Origin: Patescibacteria group bacterium UBA924
Lineage (GTDB): Bacteria; Patescibacteriota; Microgenomatia; UBA1400; PJMF01
Assembly: GCA_002293725.1 (NCBI GenBank)
Contig: DBDU01000019.1
Coordinates: forward strand, 11,792 to 75,791
Direction of reading: 5' to 3'
Length of the DNA: 64,000 bases
The position numbers and the translations under genes are program-made. Positions 38,625 to 48,835 of the stretch are shown here, in pieces (within the stretch, counting starts at the first letter, position 1; each line of letters starts with the position of its first letter). Below the pieces are notes generated by a model. That model ran no database searches. It worked only from the letters and a program-made list of their open reading frames with translations, and had not been told where the DNA came from.

Positions 38625-39656
38625 TTAACCTCGCTTGGGAACGCGTTTACCAAGATGCATATATCCTGAGTCAGAAATAATTCTTCCTTTTGGAGTGCGA
38701 TTAATAAAACCGATCTGAATAAGGTAAGGTTCTAACACTTCTTCGATAGTGCCGGGATCTTCACTTAAGGTAGCGGCGATCGTGGCGAGACCAACAGGAC
38801 CACCTGCATGTTTATCAATGATTAACTCTAAAAACCGACGGTCATTTTCGTCTAGTCCCAGTGGGTCTACCCCTAAGCGGTCGAGTGCTTCTTGAACAAC
38901 TTTGGGCGTAATAACATTCTGAGCTTTAATTTGACTAAAATCGCGAACGCGTTTGAGTAGTTTAAGAGCGATACGCGGTGTGCCTCGGGCACGTTGGCTA
39001 ATAACCAATGCGCTGTCGGGGTCGAGCTCAACGCTTAACTTTTGTGCCGCTTTTTGCAAGATAACTAAGAGCTCTTCAGGACGGTAGTACTCCATTCGGT
39101 GCGTGACGCCAAAACGATCTCGAAACGGTCCAGTCAACGAGCCAAAGCGAGTCGTCGCGCCTACTAAGGTGAACTGTGGTAAGTCTAATCGAATGGTTCT
39201 GGCCGAAGGTCCTTTACCTAAAACAATATCAAGTGCAAAGTCTTCCATGGCAGGATAGAGCGTTTCTTCAACTGCTTTAGGTAGTCGATGAATCTCATCG
39301 ATAAACAGTACGTCTCCTGGTTGAAGATTAGTCAGAATTGCTGCTAGGTCGCCTGCTTTTGCGAGGGCTGTCCCAGAGGTAATTTTGATATTTGTCCCCA
39401 TCTCTTTGGCGATTAAGTGAGATAAGGTAGTTTTCCCGAGTCCCGGTGGCCCATAGAGTAAGACGTGATCGATGACTTCTTGACGAGCTTTAGCTGCTTC
39501 AATCGCGATCCGCAGAGACTCTTTGACGGCTGACTGACCAAAAAACTCATCCCACTGACTTGCACGCAAGCTAGTTAGCAGAACTTCATCCTCACTGACT
39601 GACTCAAGAGCTTGGTGTGGATCAAATGGTGGCTGGAGTGAGTGATCATCAATCAT
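38625..39656 (-). CDS. ruvB: Holliday junction helicase RuvB
   Basis: [32 protein letters not shown]. Confidence 0.98.
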   Translation of the reverse strand: MIDDHSLQPPFDPHQALESVSEDEVLLTSLRASQWDEFFGQSAVKESLRIAIEAAKARQEVIDHVLLYGPPGLGKTTLSHLIAKEMGTNIKITSGTALAKAGDLAAILTNLQPGDVLFIDEIHRLPKAVEETLYPAMEDFALDIVLGKGPSARTIRLDLPQFTLVGATTRFGSLTGPFRDRFGVTHRMEYYRPEELLVILQKAAQKLSVELDPDSALVISQRARGTPRIALKLLKRVRDFSQIKAQNVITPKVVQEALDRLGVDPLGLDENDRRFLELIIDKHAGGPVGLATIAATLSEDPGTIEEVLEPYLIQIGFINRTPKGRIISDSGYMHLGKRVPKRG

Positions 39657-40222
39657 AATCTAGTCAGGTGCGGAAGTGCTTCTTTTAAGATAGCAGCCGT
39701 CGTTTTGTTCTCTACTTCTAGCTGTGGTAAGACTTTATCAACGTCACGTTCGGCAAAGCCTAGTTGAAGAAGTGCTTCTTTGACCTCTTGGTGTTGTGCC
39801 GAAAGTGGCTGTAGATCTATATCTTTCAAAGCTCCTAGCTTGCCGCGGAGTTCAATAATAATTTTTTGGGCCAGCTTTTTACCGACTCGTGGAACTTGAC
39901 TAAAAAAACCAATCTCAGCCTGCTGAACTGCGTTGACGATCTCACTAGGAGTGAAGTTTAGTATCTGTAGCGCAGTCTTCGGACCTACTCCAGAGACATC
40001 TAACAACAACTCAAACACCGATTGCTCTTCTCTATTCGCAAAACCAAACAGTTCGAGCGCATCTTCTTTGACATGTGTATGAATGAAAAGCTCGACTTGG
40101 CCGTCTTCTCCTACCAATTGATAGTGTCGCTCTGGAATGTTAACGCCATACCCTACTCCCCCACAGACTACGATCAGTCCTGCGGGTTGACGGAGAGCTT
40201 GTCCTTTGAGGTAAGCAATCAT
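39653..40222 (-). CDS. ruvA: Holliday junction protein RuvA
   Basis: [36 protein letters not shown]. Confidence 0.96.
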   Translation of the reverse strand: MIAYLKGQALRQPAGLIVVCGGVGYGVNIPERHYQLVGEDGQVELFIHTHVKEDALELFGFANREEQSVFELLLDVSGVGPKTALQILNFTPSEIVNAVQQAEIGFFSQVPRVGKKLAQKIIIELRGKLGALKDIDLQPLSAQHQEVKEALLQLGFAERDVDKVLPQLEVENKTTAAILKEALPHLTRL

Positions 40223-40229
40223 ACGCAGA

Positions 40230-40745
40230 CTATACACTAGTCGGCGTTCGAACGGCTGTCAACGCGACGCCAATTGCGTCAATGGTATCGTCAATCTCTT
40301 GTTCAACTTTTTGCCGTAAAGCCAAAGGGATGTTGCCCAATTGAAGCAGCACCATCTTGCGCATTGCCGTTTTATCGGCGCGACCATTCCCAGTCACACA
40401 AGATTTAATCGTTCCTGGATTAAACTCTTCAATACTCACTTGATGCTCGAGTAAACACGCAATAGTTAGCCCGCGAATCTCAGCAACCGCTAGAGCAGTA
40501 GTCACATTTTTAGAGAAGAAAAGCTGCTCCATTCCTGCTTTCGTTGGACGGTAGCGATCCAGCAGTTGCTTAAGTGTCTGTTGGATTTGAGCGTAGCGTT
40601 CAAGACGACTTTTTTTGCGATCAGTTTCGACACAACCGCAGTTCAGCAGAACTACTTGACCTTGAGTCACACTCAGCACAGCCCAACCGAAACGGTCGTA
40701 CCCAGGATCGATACCTAAAATAATACTAGGGACACTGTTTACCAT
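40230..40745 (-). CDS. ruvC: Holliday junction resolvase RuvC
   Basis: ILGIDPG, EQLFF..N, GNGRADK, DD..DA. Confidence 0.95.
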   Translation of the reverse strand: MVNSVPSIILGIDPGYDRFGWAVLSVTQGQVVLLNCGCVETDRKKSRLERYAQIQQTLKQLLDRYRPTKAGMEQLFFSKNVTTALAVAEIRGLTIACLLEHQVSIEEFNPGTIKSCVTGNGRADKTAMRKMVLLQLGNIPLALRQKVEQEIDDTIDAIGVALTAVRTPTSV

Positions 40746-41880
40746 GATCTGTCGCGACTTGAATCATCTCTTGCAAGATAATCTCAGCAGAGCGCTGCCA
40801 ACTAAACTTCTTCAGTTGTAGACGACCTTTCTTGAGCAGAACTGCTCGCCCACGAGCAGTTAACTTAAAAACTTCTTGGAATGTGTTTGCTAACTCTTCT
40901 GTGTCGGTAGGCGTAACTTGGAAGCCAGCCTCTCCCATTACCTCAGGTAAGCTCGAAGAGTTGGCTGAGATGGGGAGAGTTCCATGAGCCATGGCTTCTA
41001 AAGGCGGGATGCCAAATCCTTCGTATTGACCGATCAAAACTGTACACTCGCTCTTCTTGTAAAGAAGTTCTTTTTGGGCGTCTGTGACGTAACCGAGTAA
41101 ATGAATACGATCCTTGTACGCTGAATGTTGAGCGGCTCCAAGTATATCTTTTGCCAACCAACCAATTTTGCCAGCAATTACCAACTGTGGGGTGCTCTTT
41201 TTAGAAGAGTATTTATCACAAAAAAGAGAGAAGGCATGAATCAACTGAACTAAGTTTTTTCGTGGCTGAAGTGTGCCTACATATAAAATAAATGGGTCCT
41301 TAATTCCTGCTTCTTTTTTTAACCAAATTAAAGAGGCCTTCTCTGTAGCAGCGGCAGTAGGTAGTGCTGGATATGCCACAAAAACGTCATCAGCCTTTCG
41401 CTTATATGTTTTGACAACTTCTTCTTTAGTGAACTCACTAATGGAGAGGACTTTATCAGCATGTTTGACGCTATAGCGTGTCCATTCCTTCAGCTGTAAG
41501 TAGTCTTTACGTTTGAACTGTTTAGGATACTTTAAGAAAGCGAGATCCATGACTGATGAGATATACGGGACACTACTGACACGCGGGGCATAATGGCCTG
41601 GTGTAAAGAAGACGTCGTACTTTTGGCGCTGGAGAAAGAGATGCATCGGTAAACCAATTTGGGTCCAGAGTGGTCGTGGAGTAACTACTTGATATCGCCA
41701 GCCTTCCCGCTCCGCTGGTAAGTCTGCTAAACAAGATGAAGAGAGCAAGACAGTCCAGCTGTACTCTTGTTTTTCTCGAGTCAGTTTTTCTAAAGCGATG
41801 AGAAGCTCATAAGCATAGACATTGCTGCCTACTCGTTGGGTTGTATTGGCTTCATTTCCATCAATAGCAAAGTGATACAT
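40726..41880 (-). CDS. GT4 glycosyltransferase
   Basis: IDGNEAN..RVG, GTLQPRKN, EGFGIPPLEA. Confidence 0.9.
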   Translation of the reverse strand: MYHFAIDGNEANTTQRVGSNVYAYELLIALEKLTREKQEYSWTVLLSSSCLADLPAEREGWRYQVVTPRPLWTQIGLPMHLFLQRQKYDVFFTPGHYAPRVSSVPYISSVMDLAFLKYPKQFKRKDYLQLKEWTRYSVKHADKVLSISEFTKEEVVKTYKRKADDVFVAYPALPTAAATEKASLIWLKKEAGIKDPFILYVGTLQPRKNLVQLIHAFSLFCDKYSSKKSTPQLVIAGKIGWLAKDILGAAQHSAYKDRIHLLGYVTDAQKELLYKKSECTVLIGQYEGFGIPPLEAMAHGTLPISANSSSLPEVMGEAGFQVTPTDTEELANTFQEVFKLTARGRAVLLKKGRLQLKKFSWQRSAEIILQEMIQVATDHGKQCP

Positions 41881-41912
41881 GATTTAATTGTAGCGGTTTA
41901 GGGAGGGGTTGC

Positions 41913-43061
41913 CTACCTACCTTGGTGCAGAAGCAGAGCCTTGTGGTACACCTTACACGTTTCTTCTGCCACGCGGTACCAGTTAAATAGCTGCAAACGA
42001 ATAATCATTTTTTGCAAACGACGACGTTGTGCTTCTACGTTCTCACCGAGAATCGTCTTGATTCCTTTACGAATACTCTCGACCGATTCTGGATTAACCA
42101 GCTCCGCAGCATTGCCAGCTACTTCGGGCATAGCTGAAACATTCGAAGTAACGACTGGTGTGCCAAAGTGGAAAGCTTCCAAGATCGGTAGGCCAAAGCC
42201 TTCATAGAGACTAGGGTACAACAGCAGCTCCGCTTCACCATACAGAACCGCTAGCTCTTCATCACTTACTTTTCCTAGAAAACGAAGCTGAGGGCTTTTT
42301 AGCACTTGGCCTAGCTCTTCTGTGTCATCCCAGCCAGCCGCGCCTGCGACAAGGAGTTGGACTTCTTTGCGCAGTGGCCACCAAGCCTCAATTGCCCGAC
42401 GTAAGTTTTTTCGTGGTTCACGTGTCCCTACACACAGAATAAAAGGTTGAGTGAGCTGCAGTTTTTTCTTTAACGCTGTTTCTTTTTCTTCCGTCAGCTG
42501 CTGGCCGACTTGGATGTACTCTTGCGGCAGACTTTCATAAACGACGTGGACATCTTGAGCTCTAAAGTGAAGCAGTTCTACGATGTCTCGCTTCGTTGCT
42601 TGGCTGACAGCAATAATTTGAGCGTGACGTTTTTTGAGCTCTTCCCAGGATTTTTGATGGAGTTTCAGGATACGAGGATGAGCTGTTTCGGGGTACTTTA
42701 AGATAGCTAAATCATGAATTGTAGACACAATTGGTAAGTTTTTATCAGGTGGCTGTAACCAATCCCAGGAATGAAAAACTTGTACATCTGGAAAAACCTT
42801 CTTAATCGGGTTTTGATGTAAAGAGTTCCATAGCACTTCTTGGATCCGCGGTGGATATGACTGAATAACGACTTTATTGCGACTACTCTTACCTTTCAGT
42901 TCAGTCGCTAATGCTTCGAGTCGTTTCTTTTGTCGTAGACTTGAGCCATATAACCGTAATTCGACGTCACTCCGTTGACCCAGTGCTCGAACTAAGTTGC
43001 CCGTGTAACGAGAAACGCCGCGATCGTAGATGATGGAGGTGATATCAATGCCGATCTTCAT
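41913..43061 (-). CDS. GT4 glycosyltransferase
   Basis: GVSRY, TIHDL, GTREPRKN, EGFGLPILEA; start at MKIGID. Confidence 0.9.
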   Translation of the reverse strand: MKIGIDITSIIYDRGVSRYTGNLVRALGQRSDVELRLYGSSLRQKKRLEALATELKGKSSRNKVVIQSYPPRIQEVLWNSLHQNPIKKVFPDVQVFHSWDWLQPPDKNLPIVSTIHDLAILKYPETAHPRILKLHQKSWEELKKRHAQIIAVSQATKRDIVELLHFRAQDVHVVYESLPQEYIQVGQQLTEEKETALKKKLQLTQPFILCVGTREPRKNLRRAIEAWWPLRKEVQLLVAGAAGWDDTEELGQVLKSPQLRFLGKVSDEELAVLYGEAELLLYPSLYEGFGLPILEAFHFGTPVVTSNVSAMPEVAGNAAELVNPESVESIRKGIKTILGENVEAQRRRLQKMIIRLQLFNWYRVAEETCKVYHKALLLHQGR

Positions 43062-44634
43062 AGCACGAACGACAGTATTGTGAAAAACCGATGATTTGTC
43101 TAGCCTGAGCATACACCCTGATCATCCCTAAGGGTGCGTTTCCTTGAATAACATCAACTTGTTGAAAGCCATATCGTTCGAGGTCAGCTTGGATGATGCG
43201 TTCTGGATCGGAAAGGTCTTGAAGATAGTCAAAGACTAAGATGTAGTCATAGTCTGTCAGCTGTTTAATTAACTGACGCTCAGGACTGGCAGGATCATGA
43301 CTGACAATAAAAACGCCTGTGGCGGCTGTGGGAAAGTTGGTGTCATTGTACCAAGCCCAGCTGGCGAACTCTTGTGGGAAAGAGAACAAAACGATGCTAT
43401 CAGCAGGGCTGTACTTTTCGTCAATATAGGCATGAACCTCTCGCCAGTTTTCGCGCTGGTACTTCGTTTGAGTAAAGTAGGAAAAGCTGGAAAATAGGTT
43501 GATAAGTAAAAGTAGTAAACCAAGACTAATGCCGCTCCAACGGAGAGTGATGGCTTTTTTTTCAATAGCTTGAGTAATCAGATAGCTGAAAGCTAAGTAA
43601 AATGCTGGGAGGGCAAAAAGAACTCGCTTAGGCTGGAGGATCGGGATCCAAAAGGAAACCACCCAAGCTAAGGCAATGGGAATGACGCCCCAACATAACA
43701 GCAGAAAACTTTTTTGCCAGAATGACCTTTGATGACGAAGTTTCCAAGTGAGATAAAGACCTAATACCACAATACCGCCAAAAGTGATGAAGTACAGAGG
43801 ATCTGCTGAGAGATCTAAAACGCCATAGATGAACTTGCCCACGGTCAAACCGAGTGCTTTAAGTTGAGTGAAGCTGACGACTTCTTCCCAACCGGGAAAG
43901 GTAGCCCGCAGTTGCTGGCCGGCTTGTACTTGATCTAAAAACGAGGGCACCCATGGTGCGAAGCTAAGAACAGCGAGAAGATTACTGATCACAAAACCAG
44001 CCAGTACTGTTCGGTTCCTCAAGTGAGTAAAAATCACGTAGCAAAACTGCCCCACTAGTACAAAAGGATAAAGGTAAGAGCTGTAGAGCCCCAAGGCACT
44101 CCAGAACCCAAGCCAGATATATTTTTGCCAAGCAAAGGCACCTTTTTGACCAAAAGATAGAATCTGTAACCAACTGAGAAGAGCGAACACTGTTGGTAGA
44201 CTGTACGGGCGCAGCTCTTGAGAGTAAAAAATGTGAAAAGAAGAGGTAGCTAAAAGCAGCCCAGCCATCCAGCCAGTCCCAGCTGAAAAGTACTTTTGGC
44301 CAATTTTGATGGTTGCCCAAAGAGTAACTAAACCCGGGATAAGTGCCGCTCCTAACCTTAGCCAAGCTTCATGATTGGAAACGCGTAGTAAGACAAAAAC
44401 AATCAAGTGAATCAGCGGAGGCTGGAAGTCGTCACGAATTTGTAGCTGTTGTGAAAACGGACGAGCGCTTTCAAGAGCTTGAGCAGCTTCATCGAGCCAG
44501 AGTGAACCATCCAACTGTGGTAAGCGCATTACCAAACCCAACAGAAGAAGTATGGCCAATAAAGTAGCTGGCTTAATCTTTTTAAGTTGGATTATGAACT
44601 CAGTGAGTAAGGATTTCACACTTCTCATTATCAT
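43045..44634 (-). CDS. GT-C membrane glycosyltransferase (PMT_2/GT39-like)
   Basis: SLWLDEA, PPL, YSQELRPY, multi-TM, REN WR C-terminal domain. Confidence 0.85.
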   Translation of the reverse strand: MIMRSVKSLLTEFIIQLKKIKPATLLAILLLLGLVMRLPQLDGSLWLDEAAQALESARPFSQQLQIRDDFQPPLIHLIVFVLLRVSNHEAWLRLGAALIPGLVTLWATIKIGQKYFSAGTGWMAGLLLATSSFHIFYSQELRPYSLPTVFALLSWLQILSFGQKGAFAWQKYIWLGFWSALGLYSSYLYPFVLVGQFCYVIFTHLRNRTVLAGFVISNLLAVLSFAPWVPSFLDQVQAGQQLRATFPGWEEVVSFTQLKALGLTVGKFIYGVLDLSADPLYFITFGGIVVLGLYLTWKLRHQRSFWQKSFLLLCWGVIPIALAWVVSFWIPILQPKRVLFALPAFYLAFSYLITQAIEKKAITLRWSGISLGLLLLLINLFSSFSYFTQTKYQRENWREVHAYIDEKYSPADSIVLFSFPQEFASWAWYNDTNFPTAATGVFIVSHDPASPERQLIKQLTDYDYILVFDYLQDLSDPERIIQADLERYGFQQVDVIQGNAPLGMIRVYAQARQIIGFSQYCRSCYEDRH

Positions 44635-44664
44635 TACTTTAGGTGATTTGAAAAGGCAACGCCA

Positions 44665-44693
44665 CTGACAATCTCAGAGGAGTTCGCTATACT
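44665..44693 (+). promoter_or_regulatory. Putative sigma70 promoter giving a leaderless uxs transcript
   Basis: CTGACA-17 nt-TATACT, then 7 nt to ATG 44701. Confidence 0.65.
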
Positions 44694-44700
44694 GCGTGCT

Positions 44701-45714
44701 ATGTCTAGACCACTTCCTTCTGATGTCAGCCAGTTCTATGCTCAAAAAAAAGTTCTTGTCACAGGTGGAGCAGGCTTTATTGGCTCTCACCTCACAGAGC
44801 TGCTGCTTCAATTGGGAGCCGAAGTAACTGTAGTCGATAATTTTTTAACTGGTGCTCGCCAGAATATTGCTCACTTGACTGCAGAAGTGATTGAGGCCGA
44901 TGCCTCTCAACCTGTAGAAACGTATCTGCCAGCACAGTACACTCCTGATCTTGTTTTTCACTTTGCTTCGCCAGCAAGCCCGCCAAAGTATCAAGCTCAC
45001 CCTGTCGAAACATACTTAGTAAATAGCATGGCGACACATCAGCTTTTACAGTATCTGAAGTCTAAAGCTCCTAAGGCTCGTTTCTTGTTTGCTAGTACCT
45101 CGGAAGTGTATGGTGATCCACAAGTTCATCCCCAGCCGGAAAGTTATTGGGGAAATGTAAATCCTAATGGAGTTCGGTCTTGTTATGACGAAGCAAAACG
45201 CTTGGGCGAGACGATCTGCGGCGTGCATAGTCGTGACTTCCAGATGGATGTTCGTATCGTACGTATCTTTAATACATATGGTCCCCGTATGGATTTAGAA
45301 GATGGTCGGGTGATTCCTGATTTTATTAAACAAGCCTTGGCTGGTCAGCCATTTCAAGTGTATGGAGACGGCACACAAACGCGCTCGTACTGTTACGTAG
45401 ACGACTTAGTTGATGGGATTATTTTGTTAATGCAGAAAGACAGTGCCAAAGGACAAACAGTTAATCTTGGCAATCCTGGGGAGTTCACCGTTTTGCAGAC
45501 GGCTGAAGTGGTTAACCGAGTGTCTGCTGAAGTAAAAGGTGTTGAGCCCCCGTCTCCTCCCCCAATCGAGTTTCGACCATTACCCCAAGATGACCCGCTT
45601 CGTCGACGACCTGATATTCAAAAAGCAAAAGAAGTATTGGGTTGGGAGCCTGTTATTTCCTTCGAGGAAGGTCTCAAAAAGACCATTACTTTTTTCCAGT
45701 CGCGACAAGGTTAA
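44701..45714 (+). CDS. uxs: UDP-glucuronate decarboxylase (UDP-xylose synthase)
   Basis: TGGAGFIGSH, ASPASP..Y, STSEVYGDP, YWGNVNP.G.RSCYDEAKR, DDP.RRRPD. Confidence 0.9.
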   Translation: MSRPLPSDVSQFYAQKKVLVTGGAGFIGSHLTELLLQLGAEVTVVDNFLTGARQNIAHLTAEVIEADASQPVETYLPAQYTPDLVFHFASPASPPKYQAHPVETYLVNSMATHQLLQYLKSKAPKARFLFASTSEVYGDPQVHPQPESYWGNVNPNGVRSCYDEAKRLGETICGVHSRDFQMDVRIVRIFNTYGPRMDLEDGRVIPDFIKQALAGQPFQVYGDGTQTRSYCYVDDLVDGIILLMQKDSAKGQTVNLGNPGEFTVLQTAEVVNRVSAEVKGVEPPSPPPIEFRPLPQDDPLRRRPDIQKAKEVLGWEPVISFEEGLKKTITFFQSRQG

Positions 45715-47282
45715 TCAACGCTATTCAGCGTTTTAATGAAGCCGGACAAGTTACGAGCTCTTTCTATTACAATTGCCCACCCCGAAGTTAGCCACTGTTG
45801 AGCTGTTGTGTGTTTGAGAGTAAGCAGCCACCAGTTTTTGGTATCTTGCCAGGCTTTTTGGCTAGGGTCTCGGCGAGAAGTTTGCTGGCCAATGTGTGTA
45901 ATCTCCACCTCCGGTAAAGCGAGATGCTGCCAGCCTCGTTTCTTCATTCGCAGTCCTAAATCTATATCTTCCAAGTAGGAACCAAAGCGTTCGTCATACA
46001 AACCAACTTCTTCTAAAGCACGACGGTTATAAATAACGGCCGCAGCGTTATTGGCGTCAATAGATTGACCGTTATTGGTAGTAAGTACCTTCGCTTTTCC
46101 CTTAGGTAAAACGGTAATTCCGAGTGACTCGACTTCTTTGTTGGGCTTGAGTACCTGTGGAGCAATACTGCCGATTTTTTTCTGAGGGTGCTGCTCTAAA
46201 TACTCAACTAATGGTTCAAACCAACTTTTTTTGGCGAAGGTATCGTCGTTGACGGTTCCAATGTACTTACCGCGCGCACGGCGGAAGCCAAGATTGACCG
46301 TGTGAGCAAAGCCTTTATTTTGCTCTAAGCAAATAAACACTACCTCAGGATACTTCCGGCGCAAGTCAGTGATGTCGTTGACACTAGTGACGATGATAAG
46401 CTCGTGCTTAGTAAAGGTAAGAAGATGAAGCTGCTGTTCTAAAAACTTCTCCAGCAAAGGACGTTGCATGTTTGGAACAACGAGTGAGAGCTCAATCTGA
46501 CTATCGGCGGATAACAGGACGTTGTGAGAAAAACGTCTTGTGTTCCAGTTTAATATCCACTTTTGAATGCTCCCTAGGTTTTGATCGATAAACTGGCGCA
46601 TGGAAAGGAAAAAGAGTTCAGTACGTTTTTGTGTATGAAGTTGGTCAAAAGATAGTGCTCCCTGATGGATAACTCGTTGGGAAGTGACTGTAAAGGGTTG
46701 ATGCTGATTGAGTAACTGGAGACTAAGTCGACTGTCTTCAAACCAGACAAAGTATCGCTCGTCCCACCCTCCTAACTGTTCAAAAATGCTCCGCTTAATC
46801 AGTAAACAGGCACCTGGCAGCGTCTTTCCTTGTGAAAAAGGAGGCTGTCCTAAGCGATTGAGTGGCGTGAACTCCCAAAGCAAGCTCATGAAGCTAGGAA
46901 TATCTTTTTGGTAACGCGGATCTATCTCACCGTTGGGAGTGATCAATGTGGGTGAGAGAGCCGACAGTGATTGTTGTTTGGCAGTTGTAAGCAATGCTTC
47001 GATTTCAGCGGTGGAGATATGAACGTCCGTATTTAGAAATAGAATGTACTTGCTGGAATTGACATAGCTTCCGCTGTTTCCTGCTTTCCCAAAACCTTGA
47101 TTGTGTTTATTAGTGTAAAAAGTGACCCGTGGGAAACTTCTTTCCAGACGAGTAGTATCCCCACCATTGTTTACTACGCAAATACAATCGTGAATATCTT
47201 TAAGTTCTGTCAGCTGTCGTTCTAAAGCGGCTGGAGTATTCCAGTGAATAATAACGATGGATAAAAGCGAGCTATCTATCAC
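45711..47282 (-). CDS. Tandem two-domain GT2 glycosyltransferase
   Basis: Two GT-A units (N.GFG...LNTD...DERYF.WFED; NKGFA...NDD...DERF.SYLED); GTG start overlaps the upstream TGA. Confidence 0.85.
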   Translation of the reverse strand: MIDSSLLSIVIIHWNTPAALERQLTELKDIHDCICVVNNGGDTTRLERSFPRVTFYTNKHNQGFGKAGNSGSYVNSSKYILFLNTDVHISTAEIEALLTTAKQQSLSALSPTLITPNGEIDPRYQKDIPSFMSLLWEFTPLNRLGQPPFSQGKTLPGACLLIKRSIFEQLGGWDERYFVWFEDSRLSLQLLNQHQPFTVTSQRVIHQGALSFDQLHTQKRTELFFLSMRQFIDQNLGSIQKWILNWNTRRFSHNVLLSADSQIELSLVVPNMQRPLLEKFLEQQLHLLTFTKHELIIVTSVNDITDLRRKYPEVVFICLEQNKGFAHTVNLGFRRARGKYIGTVNDDTFAKKSWFEPLVEYLEQHPQKKIGSIAPQVLKPNKEVESLGITVLPKGKAKVLTTNNGQSIDANNAAAVIYNRRALEEVGLYDERFGSYLEDIDLGLRMKKRGWQHLALPEVEITHIGQQTSRRDPSQKAWQDTKNWWLLTLKHTTAQQWLTSGWAIVIERARNLSGFIKTLNSVD

Positions 47283-48835
47283 TCCACTCCCCAACTGTAT
47301 AACGTGGCTGGCCAAAGTGAGTAAGGATTTTCGTCGTAGATATAGTGATCCGTTTTCAGCTCAGTGTGTAAGTGTTCTTGCGCGTACGCAATTACATCAG
47401 CAGGTAGTGAGGAGTCATCGATCCACAAGAAACCGCGTGGATATGTAGCCATCACATTTTGAAGATCAGCCACGGTAGATATAAGGCGAATATTATGTTG
47501 ATCAGCCACTACTTTTTCATTCAATTCGTTAAGCGAGAAAGCAGTTTGTTTATGAAATCCTTCGTCTTCCCAACGAAAGATAAAGTATGAGTTATCCTCA
47601 CCGAGGTACCAACGAGGCCGATCAGGCCATGTTTCGATCACAGCAGTTTGCCCTTGGGCAAACTGCCCTTTCTGCTGAATGATGTTGTAAGCCTGATGAT
47701 AGTCAACTAAGGCAATGTCCCGCATATCCTTGTTGACTGAGTAGTACGGTTTTGGTTTCAAAACGAAGTTGTCTCCGTTAACAAGAATGAAAAGTACAAG
47801 AATACAGAGTACGCCTAAAGTGATTGTTTTTCGCGGCGCTTGTGAACTGTTTCTCGTAACACCATCTGCAATAGCAGAAGCTCCCACGGCTGCAAAAAGG
47901 AAGAAGTACTGAATCACTGGAACGAGGTACTTGGTCATATAGTGACCAAAGAAAAAGGTAACAAAAACTACCTGTAAGGCCAGCAGAATGAAGATAGCCC
48001 AAGGTGTTGACCGAAAATGTCGAAGTTGCCAGAGGATTCCTATAAAAAGAAGTAAAGTAAGAAGAGTTTGTTCACGCCATAAAAGTGCGTGGTAGTACCA
48101 TAGATTGTTGTGTAAAGCGAAGAAACCAAAAGTTACTCCGTTTGTGAGTAACTGAATAATTCCTAATCGATATGCCAGAACTGCTCCTACTACTACAAAC
48201 ACGAGTCCTAAGATGTGTGTAGATCGTCTACTGAGTAGTCTTCTTAACTCTCTTGGTTTGGTAATAACAAAGTCGATAGCAATGGCAATCACCACGAAAG
48301 CGAACAGCACATGGGTAAAGAAACCAAGGAGAGTCAGTATGCTAAGACTCAGTAACCATTTTGCTTGAAACTTCTCTTTCCACTGATAGTAACTTAGTAG
48401 AGCAAGAACGCCTAAAAACTGTTGTAATACGTAACCCCGAGCTTGAGTCGACCAAGTAATTTCCAAATACGAACACGCACACAATACTGCCGCAACTACT
48501 GCTACACGAGTCGAGAAAAGTTTCTTTCCTAAAAGAAAGAGCGCAGCCGGAAGAAGGGCTCCAAAGATAACACTAGGAAAGCGTGCTGTCGTTTCACTGA
48601 CGCCAGCTATCGCAAACGAGACGGCAATGAGTAAGTGAGTGAGTGAGTTGTTTGCTTCTATAAATGGAAGAAGATTACTTTGTCCTTCAAGTACGATTTC
48701 TTTTAGCAGTAGTGCCTGTCTGCCACTACTAAACTCGTCTACCCAAAAAGGATGGTTAATGCGAAGAGCTGAAGCACGTAAGCCAAAACTAAAAATGCTA
48801 AGCAGAATCAGGAAGATAAGTATTTTTTTTGTCAT
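47279..48835 (-). CDS. GT-C membrane glycosyltransferase (PMT_2/GT39-like)
   Basis: FWVDE, ARFPS, WSTQARGY, multi-TM. Confidence 0.85.
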   Translation of the reverse strand: MTKKILIFLILLSIFSFGLRASALRINHPFWVDEFSSGRQALLLKEIVLEGQSNLLPFIEANNSLTHLLIAVSFAIAGVSETTARFPSVIFGALLPAALFLLGKKLFSTRVAVVAAVLCACSYLEITWSTQARGYVLQQFLGVLALLSYYQWKEKFQAKWLLSLSILTLLGFFTHVLFAFVVIAIAIDFVITKPRELRRLLSRRSTHILGLVFVVVGAVLAYRLGIIQLLTNGVTFGFFALHNNLWYYHALLWREQTLLTLLLFIGILWQLRHFRSTPWAIFILLALQVVFVTFFFGHYMTKYLVPVIQYFFLFAAVGASAIADGVTRNSSQAPRKTITLGVLCILVLFILVNGDNFVLKPKPYYSVNKDMRDIALVDYHQAYNIIQQKGQFAQGQTAVIETWPDRPRWYLGEDNSYFIFRWEDEGFHKQTAFSLNELNEKVVADQHNIRLISTVADLQNVMATYPRGFLWIDDSSLPADVIAYAQEHLHTELKTDHYIYDENPYSLWPATLYSWGVE

